The notes under the pieces are model-generated. The model had not been told where the DNA came from. It was given only the letters and a program-made list of their open reading frames with translations, and did not search any database. Source: Silvanigrellaceae bacterium (GTDB taxonomy: Bacteria > Bdellovibrionota_B > Oligoflexia > Silvanigrellales > Silvanigrellaceae). Taken from it: DNA of 13,871 bases. The translations under genes were made by a program, and so were the position numbers. Positions 1-8,814 of the stretch are shown here, piece after piece; position 1 is the stretch's first letter, and every line of letters begins with the position of its first letter. The stretch is taken from assembly GCA_049423385.1 (NCBI GenBank), contig JBMSQQ010000088.1, positions 1-13,871 of the forward strand. Reading direction: 5' to 3'.

Positions 1-810
1 GTGACCGCGGATCGTGCTGCCCACGGCAGCGTCCTTCGAAATTGCCAATGCGTCCGTCAGCGCGATCGTCTGCACAAGACCCGTCTGGAGAACAGCAGCC
101 TGATCAGAAATGAATTCTTCCTGGGTTGTTGGATCCGTCACGAACGAAACGATCGAGAAGATATACTTCTCAGCAGGGTTGAGACCTGAACCATCGGTGT
201 AAGAGTGTTGAGCCGGGTTGGTGATTGTTCCAACCTGAACGCCACGCAAGCCAGGTTCTGTCTCGACTGTTTTGAGGTCAAGCGAGTCTGTGCCAACCAC
301 TGTTCTGTAGATTTGATAACCGGTGACGCCTTCCTGGGCGGCCCATTTCAGCGTAACGCCGTTGACTGTCGCAAGGCCCGAGACTTCAAAATTCGTCGGT
401 GCCTTCAGATCGCTGGGTTTGAGGAGTGGTGCGTTCGCGTTGAACGGACTCATCAGCAGATCTTCCGGCGCTTGTGGTGAGTCTTCCGTGACGAGAAGTT
501 TTTCGCCCAAGGTGGGCGACTGGTTGATGAAGTTCATGTTCTGTGCGTTTTGAAAATCCGTGCCATCTTCCACCTTGGGAAAGAAGAAAGGCCCGAAGAT
601 TCCCACGACTGCAACGAAGACGATCAGCGCGAGCGAGATCGTTGCAATTTTATTTTTCATCAGCCGGATGAATGCATCTTTCCAGTAGCCGACAACGGGA
701 CGGCTCAGCAGCTCTGCCTCGGAAGACTTGGCTGTCTGCGGTTTGAAAAGATCTGCAGACAGGACTTCATTGGCAGTCATTTCTTGCGGGGATTGGGTCT
801 TGGTTGTCAT
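1..810 (-). CDS. oppC: Oligopeptide ABC transporter permease OppC-like, 5' part (truncated by window edge), with an inserted FnIII-like domain
   Basis: Not in the ORF track. Manual translation from ATG at 810 (AAGGA ~10 nt upstream, 20 nt after the oppB stop) is open to base 1. It reads MTTKTQSPQEMTANEVLSADLFKP...RPVVGYWKDAFIRLMKNKIATISLALIVFVAVVGIFGPFFFP, the typical OppC N-terminal amphipathic helix plus TM1, followed by a long extracytoplasmic segment. Confidence 0.9.
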   Translation of the reverse strand, partial: MTTKTQSPQEMTANEVLSADLFKPQTAKSSEAELLSRPVVGYWKDAFIRLMKNKIATISLALIVFVAVVGIFGPFFFPKVEDGTDFQNAQNMNFINQSPTLGEKLLVTEDSPQAPEDLLMSPFNANAPLLKPSDLKAPTNFEVSGLATVNGVTLKWAAQEGVTGYQIYRTVVGTDSLDLKTVETEPGLRGVQVGTITNPAQHSYTDGSGLNPAEKYIFSIVSFVTDPTTQEEFISDQAAVLQTGLVQTIALTDALAISKDAAVGSTIRGH

Positions 811-830
811 TTTTCAGAAGTCCTTGTGTT

Positions 831-1784
831 TCAGCCAACCCGGATGCGTGGGTCGATAAGTCCGTAAAGGATGTCCGTGATGAGATTCATGATGATGAGA
901 AATCCACCAAAAAACACGGTCAGTCCCATGATGACGTTGTAGTCTGAGTTTTGGATGGAACTCATGTAGGAGCGGCCCAATCCTGGGATACCGAACACGT
1001 TTTCCATGATGAGGGAACCCGACATCGTGAACACGAGAATCGGAAAAATAATCGAAATGATAGGCAAGATGGCATTGCGGATTTGGTGCATGACAATCAG
1101 CCTTGCAACCGAAACACCTTTCGCTTTCGCAGTTTTCACGTATTCGGAAAAGCCAACTTCAATCATCTGGCTTTTGAGCATACGGGTGATTGAAGCAATG
1201 ATGCCGAGTGCCATGGAAATCGATGGCATGACAAAATCCCTGGGTTCTCCCCAGCCTGCGGGCCGCAACCAGCTCTCGGGGCTGATTTTGAGCACCGTCA
1301 GCGGATAAACTGCAAGTCCATACTGGAAAAGATATGCAAAAAGGAACGAAGGCAACGAAATTCCTGCAACGCAAAGAAACATCGCCATCCGGTCGATGAG
1401 GCCGTTGCGGTAGAGCGCTGCAACGATTCCCAGTCCGATGCCAATTGTAACGCCAATCAGCACTGAAACGATTCCAATCGATGCGCTGACAGGAAACTGT
1501 TCACGGATGATGTCGTTGACTTCGCGACCGATGGTCCTGAAGCTGGTTCCAAAATCTCCGTGAATAAAAACCTGTTTCAATTGAATAACGTATTGCATGT
1601 AGAGAGGCTTATCGAGACCGTAACGTGCTTCGAGGTTCTTGCGGGTTTCCTCTGGAATTTCTTTCGTACGCATCAGAGGGTCGCCAGGTACCGCGCGCAT
1701 CAGGAAAAAAGTCAGCGTAAAAAGCGCGAGCAACGTAACAACGGCAAGGACGAGTCGTTGGAAAATAAATCGCAGAAGGCGCAT
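831..1784 (-). CDS. oppB: Oligopeptide ABC transporter permease OppB
   Basis: Motifs MRAVPGDP, YGLDKPLYMQY, GDFGTSF, EAA-loop EYVKTAKAKG, ENVFGIPGLGR and DILYGLIDPRIR. Start moved from 1811 to ATG 1784 (MRLLRF) because AGGAAGGA precedes it. Confidence 0.95.
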   Translation of the reverse strand: MRLLRFIFQRLVLAVVTLLALFTLTFFLMRAVPGDPLMRTKEIPEETRKNLEARYGLDKPLYMQYVIQLKQVFIHGDFGTSFRTIGREVNDIIREQFPVSASIGIVSVLIGVTIGIGLGIVAALYRNGLIDRMAMFLCVAGISLPSFLFAYLFQYGLAVYPLTVLKISPESWLRPAGWGEPRDFVMPSISMALGIIASITRMLKSQMIEVGFSEYVKTAKAKGVSVARLIVMHQIRNAILPIISIIFPILVFTMSGSLIMENVFGIPGLGRSYMSSIQNSDYNVIMGLTVFFGGFLIIMNLITDILYGLIDPRIRVG

Positions 1785-1923
1785 CGCTTCCTTCCTCATT
1801 GTGACATGCACCGGGGTGCACGAGGTTCAACGTCATAAAAAATCCAGAAAACCTTCAAGGCTTTCGGAAAGATCACGAGTCTTGCCACGTCTTCAGACAC
1901 AGGTCAAGTCGGAAGGATAAGAG

Positions 1924-1949
1924 AAAAGCCCTGAAATTTCAGGGCTTTT
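1924..1949 (-). terminator. Stem-loop / intrinsic terminator-like element immediately after oppA
   Basis: AAAAGCCCTGAAATTTCAGGGCTTTT is a perfect 26-bp inverted repeat 7 nt past the oppA stop. On the minus strand the stem is followed by UUUUCUCUU. Confidence 0.8.
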
Positions 1950-1956
1950 TGTGAGA

Positions 1957-3615
1957 TTATTTCTTCGCGGAGGCTCCCGACCAAGACGCAAAGCGAAGGT
2001 CAGGGTCTTGGCCTATCTGGTTCCGGCGCACATTTTGAAGGCCATCGGCCAACAGGTATGCCCTTCCACGCTGAATAACCGGAACGATACCTGAATCATT
2101 GAGGATCAGCATCTTCTCTGCTTCGTGGAAAAGCTTCACCCGTTCAGACAGGTTGCCCGAGCGTTGTGCCTTGACAATCAGCTCATCGAAATTTTTGTTC
2201 ACGTATCCACCGTGATTGTTGTCGTTCGTGGTGGTGAACAGGTCCATAAATGTCATCGGGTCGAGATAGTCTGGGCCCCATCCGCCGGAAGCAACGTCGA
2301 ACTGACCATCACGCTGCTTCTGCAGACGGGTCTTGAAGGGAACGCTGTCGATTTTTACATCGGTGTCGAAGACTTTTTTCAGCAGGTCCTGGAAGTATTC
2401 TGATTCCTTCTTTGCCACTGTCGAGTCGCCCGCAAGGATTGAAAATGCAGGAACTTTGCTTTGCTTCGTTTCAGACAGGTATTCCTTGATGAGCTTCTTG
2501 GCACCGGCAATATCGCCATCGCGATAGTCGACCTTTGCTTCCTGGCGGTAGGTTTTGCCAGAGCCTGGCATGTAGTCTGGAACAAGTCCGAAAGCTGGCT
2601 TGTCTCCGGGAACACCTGTGACCTTGTTGATGTACTCGCGGCGGCTGATGGCGATGCGCAAAGCCTGGCGCAATTTCGGATTTGAGAACACTTTGCCCTG
2701 ACGCTGGTTCATTTCAAGAAAGAACACTGCGCCGTCTGCAAAAGTCTTGACCTGCAGGCGCTCGCGCTGAGCTGTTTCGAGACGCTCCTTGTCGAGCCCC
2801 GTGAGGTCGAGACCGCCGGTGCGGAAGTTGTTGAAGGCAGCTCCGTTGTCTTTGAGCATCACGGGAGCTTCAATTGCGCGAAGCTTGACTGCACTTGCGT
2901 TCCAGTAGGTGGACGCTTTTTCCATGCGCATCGAACTTTCTTTTTTCCAGGCCACAAGCTTGAATGGTCCATTGCCGACGACGCTGTCGACGTTGGTTGA
3001 GAACTTGTCGCCGAACTTTTCAACGATATCCTTGCGAACCGGGAAAAAAGCCTGGAACGACATCAGCGACTTGAAGTACGCGACGGGATTTTCGAGTTTG
3101 ATGACGAGCGTCGAATCGTTGGTCGCCTTGACGCCAAGCTCGCTCACGGGCTTCGTCTTTTTGATGACTTGGTTCGCGTTGAGGATTTGTGCCGTCACCG
3201 CAATAAACGAGTATTCACTTGCGAAATTCGGGTCGACGAGACGCTGGAATGCGTATTCGAAATCCTTCGCGGTGACTTTTTTGCCATCGTGCCATTTTGC
3301 ATTTGGGCGAATGGTGAAGGTGTAGGTCTTGCCACCGTCGGTGACAGCCACATGGCTTGCGGTTCCAGGTACGATATTGCCGTTCTTGTCTGTGGTCATC
3401 AGACCTTCAAACATGTGGCCCAACCAAAAGTAAGAAACGGAGTCCACGCCCTTGTTGGGGTCCATGCTGGGTGGTTCATCTCCCATGTTGAGAAACACTT
3501 CCTGGTTGTTGCGCCGGTCGGCTTGCGAGTTTTGTTGCGCATTTGCCGAAAGGCTGGATGCTCCAACAGAAAGAATCGTGAGTGCAAGTGCACTTGATTT
3601 CAAAAAATTGAACAT
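1957..3615 (-). CDS. oppA: Peptide ABC transporter substrate-binding protein (family 5, OppA)
   Basis: Motifs EPPSMDP, FEGL, YTFTIRPNAKWHDGKKVTAKDFEYAFQRLVDP, GNGPFKL and GWGPDYLDPMTF. Start at ATG 3615 with AAGGGGAG RBS gives a Sec signal peptide MFNFLKSSALALTILSVGASSLSANA with no lipobox Cys. Confidence 0.95.
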   Translation of the reverse strand: MFNFLKSSALALTILSVGASSLSANAQQNSQADRRNNQEVFLNMGDEPPSMDPNKGVDSVSYFWLGHMFEGLMTTDKNGNIVPGTASHVAVTDGGKTYTFTIRPNAKWHDGKKVTAKDFEYAFQRLVDPNFASEYSFIAVTAQILNANQVIKKTKPVSELGVKATNDSTLVIKLENPVAYFKSLMSFQAFFPVRKDIVEKFGDKFSTNVDSVVGNGPFKLVAWKKESSMRMEKASTYWNASAVKLRAIEAPVMLKDNGAAFNNFRTGGLDLTGLDKERLETAQRERLQVKTFADGAVFFLEMNQRQGKVFSNPKLRQALRIAISRREYINKVTGVPGDKPAFGLVPDYMPGSGKTYRQEAKVDYRDGDIAGAKKLIKEYLSETKQSKVPAFSILAGDSTVAKKESEYFQDLLKKVFDTDVKIDSVPFKTRLQKQRDGQFDVASGGWGPDYLDPMTFMDLFTTTNDNNHGGYVNKNFDELIVKAQRSGNLSERVKLFHEAEKMLILNDSGIVPVIQRGRAYLLADGLQNVRRNQIGQDPDLRFASWSGASAKK

Positions 3616-3736
3616 AATTTGTCTCCCCTTGGCCTCAGACGGAGTGCAAAAGACCGTGGTCGGTCTCGTACACGAAATTGGCCGGTGGGGCAATTTGATT
3701 CACTTGAATTGAGGTGTTCTTGCCGGTCGTTCCCGA

Positions 3737-4327
3737 TTATGCGCTCGTGGCAAGTTGGCCGGGCACTGCGTCTTGCCCAATTTCGGTGCTCTCTGAATCG
3801 CCTGCCGCTGATGGAGGTGGAATGTCCTGGTTCTTTTCATCCGGGGGTTTTTGACCACCTGAATATGGGACAAAGTTGTCGGGCGAACCGTGCTTGGCAA
3901 TGAACTGCTCGAGAACGGTTCTCTGTTCGGGTGAAATCTGCACGATGCGCACACCGAAACCGGAAACCTGGCCCTCGACGATGCGGGCAATTTTGCAAAG
4001 ACATCGCAATTCCGTGGCTTCATCGTCGCCAGCCTTGAGCTGGATGATCGTTTCAAGCAACGTGCTTTGCACCTGGAATGGATACCTTTTGTGGTCCGAG
4101 CACAAAACGAACATGCCCGTTGCGGAGAGGTCCTTGGTCAGAAAGTGGTACTCGCTGCCGGTGCCGAGGCTTTTGAGGCTGATTTGGAGTTTCTGGGCTA
4201 TGCGCAAGTTGTCGATGCGTTTGGGAGGCGCACTTTTCTTTTCGTCCTTCTTTTTGAGAAGGCTGTTGGCAACGCTGTCTTTCTTTTCAGTTTCGACGTC
4301 TGCTTTCTTTTTTGCCCAGAATGCCAT
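3737..4327 (-). CDS. PilZ domain-containing protein
   Basis: KRIDNLR followed by TKDLSATGMFV (DxSxxG), and C-terminal KIARIV...GFGVRIVQISPEQRTVLEQFI, match the PilZ pattern. Start at ATG 4327 with AAGGGGG RBS avoids overlap with ruvA. Confidence 0.8.
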   Translation of the reverse strand: MAFWAKKKADVETEKKDSVANSLLKKKDEKKSAPPKRIDNLRIAQKLQISLKSLGTGSEYHFLTKDLSATGMFVLCSDHKRYPFQVQSTLLETIIQLKAGDDEATELRCLCKIARIVEGQVSGFGVRIVQISPEQRTVLEQFIAKHGSPDNFVPYSGGQKPPDEKNQDIPPPSAAGDSESTEIGQDAVPGQLATSA

Positions 4328-4457
4328 GGTCGAAATCCCCCTTTTGGCTCTCTCCCCTTGTATCGGCTGAATTTGGCCGAAGGTAAGGCCTGCAGGCCGA
4401 GCAAGATTTGACGCCCCGGACGGCATCCAGTACCCATTGATGCAGGAGGCCCTGCCC

Positions 4458-5138
4458 ATGATTGGAAGACTCACCGGGACACTCGTTGAAAAAGCGAGTG
4501 ATTGCCTGATCTTGGATGTAAGCGGAGTTGGTTATGAGGTTTCTGTGCCGGCTTCGAGCCTGTGCCAGTTGCCTGGTGTCGGACAGCTTTTGAGTCTGTC
4601 GATTCATACCCACGTCCGGGAAGACAACATTCGACTTTTTGGGTTTTCCACCCGGGCAGACCGCAGTGTCTTTGAGATGCTTCTGAGTGTGAGCAATGTG
4701 GGTCCCAAGCTCGCAATGGCTTTGTTGGGGCCTTTTGAAGGCAAGGAACTCTGCAGGGTCATCGTCGAAGAGAACCTCGCGGCTCTCACTTCCGTTCCAG
4801 GAGTTGGTGCAAAGACGGCAGAACGGCTGATGCTTGAGCTCAGAACAAAAGCGCAGAAATTGCTGGCCATGCTCGATGGCAATGATTCCTCGAAATCCTC
4901 ACGCGGCAAAAGCATGTCCCATCCGACACTCTCCATGCTTGCGCAGGAACAATGGCCCAAAGCCGACGTCATCGATGATTTGCGCAGCGCACTTCAGAAT
5001 CTTGGATACAAGGACAAACAAATTTCCGAAGTCGTTGTGCCCTATCAGAAACGCGAATCATCCGGCGAAGAGCTGGTGCTCGAGGTTGTTCTGAAAGATG
5101 CACTCAAACAGCTTTCCGGACATTTGTTGGGGCGGTGA
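4458..5138 (+). CDS. ruvA: Holliday junction branch migration DNA-binding subunit RuvA
   Basis: MIGRLTG, DVSGVGYEV, HTHVRED...LFGF, VSNVGPKLA, VPGVGAKTAERLMLEL and ALQNLGY. AGGAGG RBS lies upstream of ATG 4458. Confidence 0.97.
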   Translation: MIGRLTGTLVEKASDCLILDVSGVGYEVSVPASSLCQLPGVGQLLSLSIHTHVREDNIRLFGFSTRADRSVFEMLLSVSNVGPKLAMALLGPFEGKELCRVIVEENLAALTSVPGVGAKTAERLMLELRTKAQKLLAMLDGNDSSKSSRGKSMSHPTLSMLAQEQWPKADVIDDLRSALQNLGYKDKQISEVVVPYQKRESSGEELVLEVVLKDALKQLSGHLLGR

Positions 5139-6169
5139 TCATGGAAATCCAGGATCACATTGTTTTCAGCGAAGTCGCCCGTGTTCCTGATGCCATCGAG
5201 GGCGAGCGCACCGATCTTCGCCCCCATACGTTTGATGAATATCCAGGGCAAGATCGTGTCGTCGAGAACCTGAAGATCTACACGCAGGCGGCAAAGCTTC
5301 GTGGAAAAATGCTCGACCATGTCTTGCTCCATGGGCCACCCGGGCTTGGAAAAACGACATTGGCGGGGATTATTGCCCAGACCATGAACTGCACTTTGAA
5401 AATGACTGCCGGTCCTGTGATAGAAAGGCCTGCGGACTTGATGGGAGTGTTGGCAAATCTTGAGTCCAACACTGTTTTGTTCATCGATGAAATTCATCGT
5501 CTGCCGTCGCATGTCGAGGAAGTTTTGTATTCAGCCATGGAAGATGGGCGGCTGGATGTCATGATTGGACAAGGTTCTTCCGCCCGCTCCATCAGCTTTG
5601 AACTCAAGCCCTTTACCCTCATCGGTGCCACAACCCGTGCAGGCGCATTGAGTGCCCCGTTGCGGGATCGTTTTGGTATTGTTGAACATCTTGACTATTA
5701 TTCGCCTGAAAGTCTTGCCAGGATTATTTCGCGAAGCTCGCGCTTGTTGAATATTGAAATCGACGTTGATGGCGCTTCCATCATCGCGGCTCGATGTCGC
5801 GGCACACCGAGAATTGCAAACATGCTCCTGCGGAGGGTGATGGATTTCACCCTCGTCAACGGCAGGAATTCAATAGATTCTGCATCCGCGGAATCTGCAT
5901 TGGTCAGGTTGGGAGTGGACGCTCGTGGATTGGCCCGCATGGATCGCGAGTTTCTTCGTATCATGCGTGATCGGCACGATGGTGGACCCGTCGGACTGGA
6001 AGCAATTGCCGCGGCACTGAATGAGGAACGCACCACGCTTGAAGATGTTTACGAGCCCTATCTGGTGTCGATTGGATTTGTGAATCGAACGCCACGCGGT
6101 CGCCAACTCAGTTCTTCGGGCCAACAGCATCTGGCTGAGACGGAACGGCAGTTTGGCTTGAATTTTTAA
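5135..6169 (+). CDS. ruvB: Holliday junction branch migration ATPase RuvB
   Basis: LRP..FDEY.GQ, Walker A GPPGLGKTT, Walker B FIDEIHRL, GATTRAG, PLRDRFG, RGTPRIAN, GGPVG, EDVYEPYL and RTPRGR. GTGA overlap with the ruvA stop; alternative start at ATG 5141. Confidence 0.98.
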   Translation: MIMEIQDHIVFSEVARVPDAIEGERTDLRPHTFDEYPGQDRVVENLKIYTQAAKLRGKMLDHVLLHGPPGLGKTTLAGIIAQTMNCTLKMTAGPVIERPADLMGVLANLESNTVLFIDEIHRLPSHVEEVLYSAMEDGRLDVMIGQGSSARSISFELKPFTLIGATTRAGALSAPLRDRFGIVEHLDYYSPESLARIISRSSRLLNIEIDVDGASIIAARCRGTPRIANMLLRRVMDFTLVNGRNSIDSASAESALVRLGVDARGLARMDREFLRIMRDRHDGGPVGLEAIAAALNEERTTLEDVYEPYLVSIGFVNRTPRGRQLSSSGQQHLAETERQFGLNF

Positions 6170-6860
6170 GAGCCACGACTTCGGACTCTGAAATCGTGGA
6201 CGGGACTCCTTCCCATCGGACACACGCTGCACGTGCCAACCTGCTCAGTGTCTGGGCGTCGTCAGTGTTCAGTTCCAATTGGCGTCCCAATTGGACGGCC
6301 CTGAGGTAGACGATGGCCCGGCGTTGCCCATTCTCACAAAGCGGAATGGTTTGCTTGAGGGCTGGTTTTTGCTTGAGCTCGACGATGTCGACAAGCAGAC
6401 TTCTCAAATTCACGTGTAATCGAGGTGAACTTCCTGAAGTTTCATTGTCCGGATTCTTGAAACCGTCTTCAATCACGGTTGGCTTTTGGCCAGAGGCTTG
6501 TTCGCTTGCACCCGTTGGCAGCAGTGCCTCGGTTTTTGTCGGCACGGCTTCATCCAGCAAGGCGACGGTCAATCCGAACGATTCTTCGAACTGGGCACCT
6601 GCCAGGGTCAAGACAGTCGTTCCGTCTTCATATTCTGTTTTTTGAACCACCCAGGTCATCGTTTCTTGGCCAAAACGACGATTTTCGAAAGTCTGTGAAC
6701 GGACTTTCACTACCTGATCAACGCTCGGATTTGAGGCTGTAGTGGAGTCCTCGGCCTGGGCAACCCCGCCAATCATGGCAAACAACGCTGGCAGCAGCCG
6801 GGTCACCCCCCGATTACGCCTGAAGTGAGTCAAAACTCTTTTCACATTGCCCCCCGGCAT
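6108..6860 (-). CDS. Hypothetical exported protein
   Basis: 250-aa ORF filling the ruvB-lepA gap. It has a basic N-region, a hydrophobic stretch (LLPALFAMIGGV) and an AQA|ED cleavage motif. Start uncertain (ATG 6860 or GTG 6845). No family recognised. Confidence 0.7.
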   Translation of the reverse strand: MPGGNVKRVLTHFRRNRGVTRLLPALFAMIGGVAQAEDSTTASNPSVDQVVKVRSQTFENRRFGQETMTWVVQKTEYEDGTTVLTLAGAQFEESFGLTVALLDEAVPTKTEALLPTGASEQASGQKPTVIEDGFKNPDNETSGSSPRLHVNLRSLLVDIVELKQKPALKQTIPLCENGQRRAIVYLRAVQLGRQLELNTDDAQTLSRLARAACVRWEGVPSTISESEVVALKNSSQTAVPSQPDAVGPKN

Positions 6861-6905
6861 TCACCCCTTGGGTTTGACCAACGTCACCAAGGCGTGTCAG
6901 ATGCT

Positions 6906-6932
6906 ACTATCGGCATCCGCTGCAATAGCTGC
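6906..6932 (-). promoter_or_regulatory. Possible sigma28 (FliA)-type promoter for the exported hypothetical gene
   Basis: The minus strand reads TGCA-N15-GCCGATAG against consensus TAAA-N15-GCCGATAA. The -10 is good and the -35 is weak. Confidence 0.25.
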
Positions 6933-6974
6933 AGTGGGCAGAGTTGTCGCAGATTTGGCGGAGTCGCGTAAAGC

Positions 6975-8792
6975 ATGTCTCAATATGGCGTAGATCCGGA
7001 ACTCATTCGTAATTTTTGCATTATTGCCCATATCGACCACGGCAAATCAACACTTGCCGATCGCATCCTGGAAAAGACGGGAGCGGTTGCCGATCGCGAG
7101 AAGCAGAATCAGATTCTCGACAGCATGGAGCTCGAACGTGAGCGTGGCATCACCATCAAAGCCCAGACGGCCACTCTGTCTTATAATGCGAAGGATGGAA
7201 AAACCTACACACTCAACCTGATCGACACTCCCGGACACGTCGACTTCACCTATGAGGTCAGCCGAAGTCTGAGTGCTTGTGAAGGAGCGCTGTTGGTTGT
7301 CGACGCCACACAGGGAGTTGAAGCCCAGACTGTTGCGAACGTGTATCTGGCGATGGACAACAAAGTCGAAATTTTTCCGGTCATCAACAAAGTGGATTTG
7401 CCAAGCGCAGACTATGAACGCGTTTGCATGCAGATCGAAGAGGAGCTTGCAATTGATACATCGCATGCAGCTCCTTGCAGCGCCAAAACAGGCATGGGTG
7501 TTGAGAATATTCTCGAAAATGTGGTGCACAACATTCCGGCTCCCCCAGACAACCGAAGCAAACCGCTGCGCGCGCTCATCTTCGACAGCTGGTTCGATAG
7601 TTACCAAGGAGTCATTGTTCTTGTTCGGGTCATGGACGGGGCGGTGCGGATTGGTGATCGCATCACCATGATGAGTTGCGGCAAGAGTTTTGAAGTGCAA
7701 AAAGTTGGCGTGATGTGCGTCCGCGCCTTTCCCCGAGAAGTATTGAGCGCGGGAGAGGTGGGTTATATCATTGCCAACGTCAAGGACGTACGCGACACCC
7801 GCGTGGGTGACACGATCTGTTCTGAAGGCTCACAGGTTGAACCACTTCCTGGTTTCAAGAAGGCAAAGCAGATGGTTTTTGCCGGTGTGTTTCCGGTCGA
7901 ATCAAACCAATATGAAGCCTTGAAGGATGCACTTGCGAAGCTCACCCTCAATGACAGTTCGCTGAGCTATGAACCAGAAACGTCGGTGGCACTTGGTTTT
8001 GGTTTCCGTTGTGGCTTCCTTGGACTTTTGCACATGGAAATCATCCAGGAGCGGCTTGAACGGGAATACGGAATGAATCTCATCTTCACGGCGCCCACAT
8101 GTGTCTATGAAATCATCACGACCAAGGGCGAACACATGCGGGTCGACAACCCTGCGATGTTGCCGGTTGCGACGAGTATCGACAAGTTTCTTGAACCTTT
8201 GGTGGTGGCAACATTCCACTTGCCTCAGGAATATTTGGGCGCCGTCATGGGTCTGCTCTCTGAGCGTCGTGGTGTGCAGTTGAAAATGGACTATCTTTCC
8301 CAGAGTCGCGTCATGCTTCAGTATGAATTGCCGCTCAACGAAATGGTCTTCGACTTTTTCGACAGACTCAAGAGTGTCTCGCGTGGTTATGCGAGCATGG
8401 ATTATGAATTCTTGGAGTACCGTGATTCCGATCTCGTCAAGCTCGATATTCTCGTGAATGCCGAGCCGGTGGATGCTTTGTCCTGTATTGTCCACAGGTC
8501 AACCTCGTTCGAGCGGGGCAAGCTTTTGGTCAAAAAGCTCCGCCAGGTGATCCCCAGACAACAATTCGAGGTTCCACTTCAGGCCGCAGTTGGTTCAAAA
8601 ATTATTGCCCGTGAAACACTCAGCGCATTGCGTAAGGATGTGACCGCGAAGTGCTATGGGGGCGACATTTCCCGAAAGAGAAAGCTTCTGGAAAAGCAAA
8701 AAGAAGGCAAAAAGCGCATGAAGCAGGTTGGTTCTGTGGAAATTCCGCAGGAAGCTTTCATGGCCATCCTGGATTTGTCGGACGTTGAATAA
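6975..8792 (+). CDS. lepA: Translation elongation factor 4 (LepA GTPase)
   Basis: [52 protein letters not shown] and [25 protein letters not shown]. Confidence 0.99.
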   Translation: MSQYGVDPELIRNFCIIAHIDHGKSTLADRILEKTGAVADREKQNQILDSMELERERGITIKAQTATLSYNAKDGKTYTLNLIDTPGHVDFTYEVSRSLSACEGALLVVDATQGVEAQTVANVYLAMDNKVEIFPVINKVDLPSADYERVCMQIEEELAIDTSHAAPCSAKTGMGVENILENVVHNIPAPPDNRSKPLRALIFDSWFDSYQGVIVLVRVMDGAVRIGDRITMMSCGKSFEVQKVGVMCVRAFPREVLSAGEVGYIIANVKDVRDTRVGDTICSEGSQVEPLPGFKKAKQMVFAGVFPVESNQYEALKDALAKLTLNDSSLSYEPETSVALGFGFRCGFLGLLHMEIIQERLEREYGMNLIFTAPTCVYEIITTKGEHMRVDNPAMLPVATSIDKFLEPLVVATFHLPQEYLGAVMGLLSERRGVQLKMDYLSQSRVMLQYELPLNEMVFDFFDRLKSVSRGYASMDYEFLEYRDSDLVKLDILVNAEPVDALSCIVHRSTSFERGKLLVKKLRQVIPRQQFEVPLQAAVGSKIIARETLSALRKDVTAKCYGGDISRKRKLLEKQKEGKKRMKQVGSVEIPQEAFMAILDLSDVE

Positions 8793-8814
8793 CCGATTCA
8801 AGGATTTGTCAAAT

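Noticed and set aside
6274..6295. Inverted repeat TCCAATTGG-N4-CCAATTGGA
   Set aside because: It is a single copy inside a CDS with no U-tract, so it is probably incidental.
7047..8495. Long antisense ORFs (217 aa and 197 aa) opposite lepA, and similar ones opposite opp, ruvB and the cyclase
   Set aside because: They are shadow frames of well-supported genes with no recognisable motifs.
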